A DNA stretch of 64,000 bases from Nemertoderma westbladi (taxonomy: Eukaryota > Animalia > Xenacoelomorpha). The stretch's first letter is position 1, and each line of letters opens with the position of its first letter. This document shows positions 58,465 through 64,000 of the stretch, piece by piece. The stretch covers positions 1 to 64,000 of the forward strand of contig JAUCBJ010002756.1 of assembly GCA_032718475.1 (NCBI GenBank), in the 5' to 3' direction. A program made the translations under genes and the position numbers. The notes under the pieces were generated by a model, which was not told where the DNA came from, did not search any database, and saw nothing but the letters and a program-made list of their open reading frames with translations.

Positions 58465-61400
58465 GATGGAAAGGGGAGCGAACCAATAGGTGGAAAGGGG
58501 AACGAATTAATGGATGGAAAGGGGAACGAATTAATGGATGGAAAGCGGAACGAAATAATGGGTGGAAAGGGGAACGAAATAATGGGTGGAAAGGGGAACG
58601 AAATAATGGGTGGAAAGGGGAACGAAATAATGGGTGGAAAGGGGAACGAAATAATGGGTGGAAAGGGGAACGAAATAATGGGTGGAAAGGGGAACGAAAT
58701 AATGGGTGGAAAGGGGAGCGAAATAATGGGTGGAAAGGGGAACGAAGATAATGGGTGGAAAGGGGAACGAAATAATGGGTGGAAAGGGGAACGAAATAAT
58801 GGGTGGAAAGGAGAGCGAAACAATGGGTGGAAAGGGGAGCGAAATAATGGGTGGAAAGGGGAACGAAATAATGGGTGGAAAGGGGAACGAAATAATGGGT
58901 GGAAAGGGGAACGAAATAATGGGTGGAAAGGGGAGCGAAATAATGGGTGGAAAGGGGAACGAGATAATGGGTGGAAAGGGGAACGAAATAATGGGTGGAA
59001 AGGGGAACGAAATAATGGGTGGAAAGGGGAACGAAATAATGGGTGGAAAGGGGAACGAAATAATGGGTGGAAAGGGGAACGAAATAATGGGTGGAAAGGG
59101 GAGCGAAATAATGGGTGGAAAGGGGAACGAAATAATGGGTGGAAAGGGGAACGAAATAATGGGTGGAAACGGGAACGAAATAATGGGTGGAAAGGGGAAC
59201 GAAATAATGGGTGGAAAGGAGAGCGAAACAATGGGTGGAAAGGGGAACGAAATAATGGGTGGAAAGGGGAACGAAATAATGGGTGGAAAGGGGAACGAAA
59301 TAATGGTGGAAAGGGGAACGAAATAATGGGTGGAAAGGGGAGCGAAATAATAGGTGGAAAGGGGAACGAAATAATGGGTGGAAAGGGGAACGAAATAATG
59401 GGTGGAAAGGAGAGCGAAACAATGGGTGGAAAGGGGAGCGAAATAATGGGTGGAAAGGGGAGCGAAATAATAGGTGGAAACGGGAACGAAATAATGGGTG
59501 GAAAGGGGAACGAAATAATGGGTGGAAAGGGGAACGAAATAATGGGTGGAAAGGGGAACGAAATAATGGGTGGAAAGGGGAGCGAAATAATGGGTGGAAA
59601 GGGGAACGAGATAATGGGTGGAAAGGGGAACGAAATAATGGGTGGAAAGGGGAACGAAATAATGGGTGGAAAGGAGAGCGAAACAATGGGTGGAAAGGGG
59701 AGCGAAATAATGGGTGGAAAGGGGAACGAGATAATGGGTGGAAAGGGGAACGAAATAATAGGTGGAAACGGGAACGAAATAATGGGTGGAAAGGGGAACG
59801 AAATAATGGGTGGAAAGGAGAGCGAAACAATGGGTGGAAAGGGGAGCGAAATAATGGGTGGAAAGGGGAGCGAAATAATAGGTGGAAACGGGAACGAAAT
59901 AATGGGTGGAAAGGGGAACGAAATAATGGGTGGAAAGGGGAACGAAATAATGGGTGGAAAGGGGAACGAAATAATGGGTGGAAAGGGGAGCGAAATAATG
60001 GGTGGAAAGGGGAACGAGATAATGGGTGGAAAGGGGAACGAAATAATGGGTGGAAAGGGGAACGAAATAATGGGTGGAAAGGAGAGCGAAACAATGGGTG
60101 GAAAGGGGAGCGAAATAATGGGTGGAAAGGGGAACGAGATAATGGGTGGAAAGGGGAACGAAATAATGGATGGAAAGGGGAACGAAATAATGGGTGGAAA
60201 GGGGAGCGAAATAATGGGTGGAAAGGGGAACGAAATAATGGGTGGAAAGGGGAACGAAATAATGGGTGGAAAGGGGAACGAAATAATGGGTGGAAAGGGG
60301 AACGAAATAATGGGTGGAAAGGGGAACGAAATAATGGGTGGAAAGGGGAACGAAATAATGGGTGGAAAGGGGAGCGAAATAATGGGTGGAAAGGGGAACG
60401 AAATAATGGGTGGAAAGGGGAACGAAATAATAGGTGGAAACGGGAACGAAATAATGGGTGGAAAGGGGAGCGAAATAATGGGTGGAAAGGGGAACGAAAT
60501 AATGGGTGGAAAGGGGAACGAAATAATAGGTGGAAACGGGAACGAAATAATGGGTGGAAAGGGGAACGAAATAATGGGTGGAAACGGGAACGAAATAATG
60601 GGTGGAAAGGGGAACGAAATAATGGGTGGAAAGGGGAGCGAAACAATGGGTGGAAAGGGGAGCGAAATAATGGGTGGAAAGGGGAACGAAATAATGGGTG
60701 GAAAGGGGAACGAAATAATGGGTGGAAAGGAGAGCGAAACAATGGGTGGAAAGGGGAGCGAAATAATGGGTGGAAAGGGGAACGAGATAATGGGTGGAAA
60801 GGGGAACGAAATAATCGGTGGAAAGGGGAACGAAATAATGGGTGGAAAGGGGAACGAAGTAATGGGTGGAAAGGAGAGCGAAACAATGGGTGGAAAGGGG
60901 AGCGAAATAATGGGTGGAAAGGGGAACGAAATAATGGGTGGAAAGGGGAACGAAATAATGGGTGGAAAGGAGAGCGAAACAATGGGTGGAAAGGGGAGCG
61001 AAATAATGGGTGGAAAGGGGAACGAGATAATGGGTGGAAAGGGGAACGAAATAATGGGTGGAAAGGGGAACGAAATAATGGGTGGAAAGGGGAACGAAAT
61101 AATGGGTGGAAAGGGGAACGAAATAATCGGTGGAAAGGGGAACGAAATAATGGGTGGAAAGGGGAACGAAATAATGGGTGGAAAGGGGAACGAAGTAATG
61201 GGTGGAAAGGGGAGCGAAATAATGGGTGGAAAGGGGAACGAAGTAATGGGTGGAAAGGGGAACGAAGTAATGGGTGGAAAGGGGAACGAGATAATGGGTG
61301 GAAAGGGGAACGAAATAATCGGTGGAAAGGGGAACGAAATAATGGGTGGAAAGGGGAACGAAGTAATGGGTGGAAAGGGGAACGAAATAATCGGTGGAAA

Positions 61401-64000
61401 GGGGAACGAAATAATGGGTGGAAAGGGGAACGAAGTAATGGGTGGAAAGGGGAACGAAGTAATGGGTGGAAAGGGGAGCGAAATAATGGGTGGAAAGGGG
61501 AACGAAAAAGTGGGTGGAAAGGGGAACGAAATAATGGGTGGAAAGGGGAACGAAATAATGGGTGGAAAGGGGAACGAGATAATGGGTGGAAAGGGGAACG
61601 AAGTAATGGGTGGAAAGGGGAGCGAAATAATGGGTGGAAAGGGGAACGAAATAATGGGTGGAAAGGGGAGCGAAATAATGGGTGGAAAGGGGAACGAGAT
61701 AATGGGTGGAAAGGGGAACGAAGTAATGGGTGGAAAGGGGAGCGAAATAATGGGTGGAAAGGGGGTCGAAATAATGGGTGGAAAGGGGAACGAAATAATG
61801 GGTGGAAAGGGGAACGAGATAATGGGTGGAAAGGGGAACAAAGTAATGGGTGGAAAGGGGAACGAGATAATGGGTGGAAAGGGGAACAAAGTAATGGGTG
61901 GAAAGGGGAACGAGATAATGGGTGGAAAGGGGAACGAAATAATGGGTGGAAAGGGGAACGAGATAATGGGTGGAAAGGGGAACAAAGTAATGGGTGGAAA
62001 GGGGAACGAGATAATGGGTGGAAAGGGGAACAAAGTAATGGGTGGAAAGGGGAACGAGATAATGGGTGGAAAGGGGAACGAAATAATGGGTGGAAAGGGG
62101 AACGAAGTAATGGGTGGAAAGGGAAGCGAAATAATGGGTGGAAAGGGGAACGAGATAATGGGTGGAAAGGGGAGCGAAATAATGGGTGGAAAGGGGAACG
62201 AAATAATGGGTGGAAAGGGGAACGAAATAATGGGTGGAAAGGGGAACGAGATAATGGGTGGAAAGGGGAACAAAGTAATGGGTGGAAAGGGGAACGAGAT
62301 AATGGGTGGAAAGGGGAACGAAATAATGGGTGGAAAGGGGAACGAAATAATGGGTGGAAAAGGGGAGCGAGATAATGGGTGGAAAAGGGAACGAAATAAT
62401 CGGTGGAAAGGGGAACGAAATAATGGGTGGAAATGGAAACAAAATAATGGGTGGAAAGGGGAACAAAATAATGGGTGGAAAGGGGAACAAAATAATGGGT
62501 GGAAAGGGGAGCGAAATAATGGGTGGAAAGGGGAACGAGATAATGGGTGGAAAGGGGAACGAAATAATGGGTGGAAATGGGAACAAAATAATGGGTGAAA
62601 AGGGGAGCGAAATAATGGGTGGAAATGGAAACGAAATAATGGGTGGAAAGGGGAACGAGATAATGGGTGGAAAGGGGAACGAGATAATGGGTGGAAAGGG
62701 GAACGAGATAATGGGTGGAAAAGGGAACGAAATAATCGGTGGAAAGGGGAACGAAATAATGGATGGAAAGGGGAGCGAAATAATGGGTGGAAAGGGGAAC
62801 GAGATAATGGGTGGAAAGGGGAGCGAAATAATGGGTGAAAAGGGTAACGAGATAATGGATGGAAAGGGGAACGAAATAATGGGTGGAAAGGGGAGCGAAA
62901 TAATGGGTGGAAAGGAGAGCGAAACAATGGTTGGAAAGGGGAACGAGATAATGGGTGGAAATGGAAACGAAATAATGGGTGGAAATGGAAACGAAATAAT
63001 GGGTGGGAAGGGGAGCGAAATAATAGGTGGAAAGGGGAACGAAATAATGGGTGGAAAGGGGAACGAAATAATGGGTGGAAAGGGAAGCGAAATAATGGGT
63101 GGAAAGGGGAACGAAATAATGGGTGGAAAGGGGAACAAAATAATGGGTGGAAAGGGGAACGAAATAATAGGTGGAAAGGGGAACGAAATAATGGGTGGAA
63201 AGGGGAACGAAATAATGGGTGGAAAGGGAAGCGAAATAATGGGTGGAAAGGGGAACGAAATAATGGGTGGAAAGGGGAACAAAATAATGGGTGGAAAGGG
63301 AAGCGAAATAATGGGTGGAAAGGGGAACGAGATAATGGGTGGAAAGGGGAACGAAATAATCGGTGGAAAGGGGAACGAAATAATGGGTGGAAAGGGGAAC
63401 GAGATAATGGGTGGAAAGGGGGTCGAAATAATGGGTGGAAAGGGGAACGAAGTAATGGTTGGAAAGGGGAGCGAAATAATGGGTGGAAAGGGGAACGAAA
63501 TAATGGGTGGAAAAGGGGAGCGAGATAATGGGTGGAAAGGGGAACGAAATAATGGGTGGAAAGGGGAACGAGATAATGGGTGGAAAGGGGAGCGAAATAA
63601 TGGGCGGAAAGGGGACCGAAATAATGGGTGGAAAGGGGAACAAAATAATGGGTGGAAAGGGAAGCGAAATAATGGGTGGAAAGGGGAACGAGATAATGGG
63701 TGGAAAGGGGAACGAAATAATCGGTGGAAAGGGGAACGAAATAATGGGTGGAAAGGGGAACGAGATAATGGGTGGAAAGGGGAACGAAATAATCGGTGGA
63801 AAGGGGAACGAAATAATGGGTGGAAAGGGGAACGAAGTAATGGGTGGAAAGGGGAACGAGATAATGGGTGGAAAGGGGAACGAGATAATGGGTGGAAAGG
63901 GGAACGAAGTAATGGGTGGAAAGGGGAGCGAAATAATGGGTGGAAAGGGGAACGAAATAATGGGTGGAAAGGGGAACAAAATAATGGGTGGAAAGGGAAG
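58465..64000. repeat. 24-bp purine-rich satellite (over 5.5 kb, runs off the window)
   Basis: Unit AATGGGTGGAAAGGGGAACGAAAT with minor variants. Confidence 0.98.

Noticed and set aside
58419-63979. ORFs of 1378-1843 aa on both strands (FPFPPIIS, GGKGNEIM repeats)
   Set aside because: The 24-bp unit is a multiple of 3 and lacks stops in several frames; indels switch frames freely, so there is no sign of coding constraint.

Overview
AT-rich, repeat-dense animal (invertebrate-like) nuclear DNA; nothing prokaryotic or CRISPR-like. The backbone is a minus-strand gene that the ORF track misses. I hand-assembled 23 GT-AG exons between 58432 and 5739, with consistent phases and about 971 open codons, encoding an uncharacterised Pro/Lys-rich protein that includes five micro-exons of 13-27 nt. 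Two intronless plus-strand genes (a BTB-BACK-TLDc protein and a 165-aa coiled-coil ORF) lie antisense within or next to its introns. The introns also hold an intact GalEa-type Copia LTR retrotransposon with identical LTRs, a decayed Penelope-like element with a minimal hammerhead ribozyme, young RTE LINE copies with TSDs, a disrupted APE-RT LINE, Helentron/HINE-like elements, tRNA-derived SINEs and many satellites. Most striking: four introns of this gene begin with tandem arrays whose repeat unit is that exon's own 3' end plus its 5' splice site. One such array is about 9.3 kb long with roughly 240 donor copies, and in all four cases use of a downstream donor copy would include an in-frame stop. 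A separate 60-bp satellite derives from the 3' part of a Nin/Deu-type SINE. The long ORFs at 58.4-64 kb and 48-50 kb are satellite artefacts.
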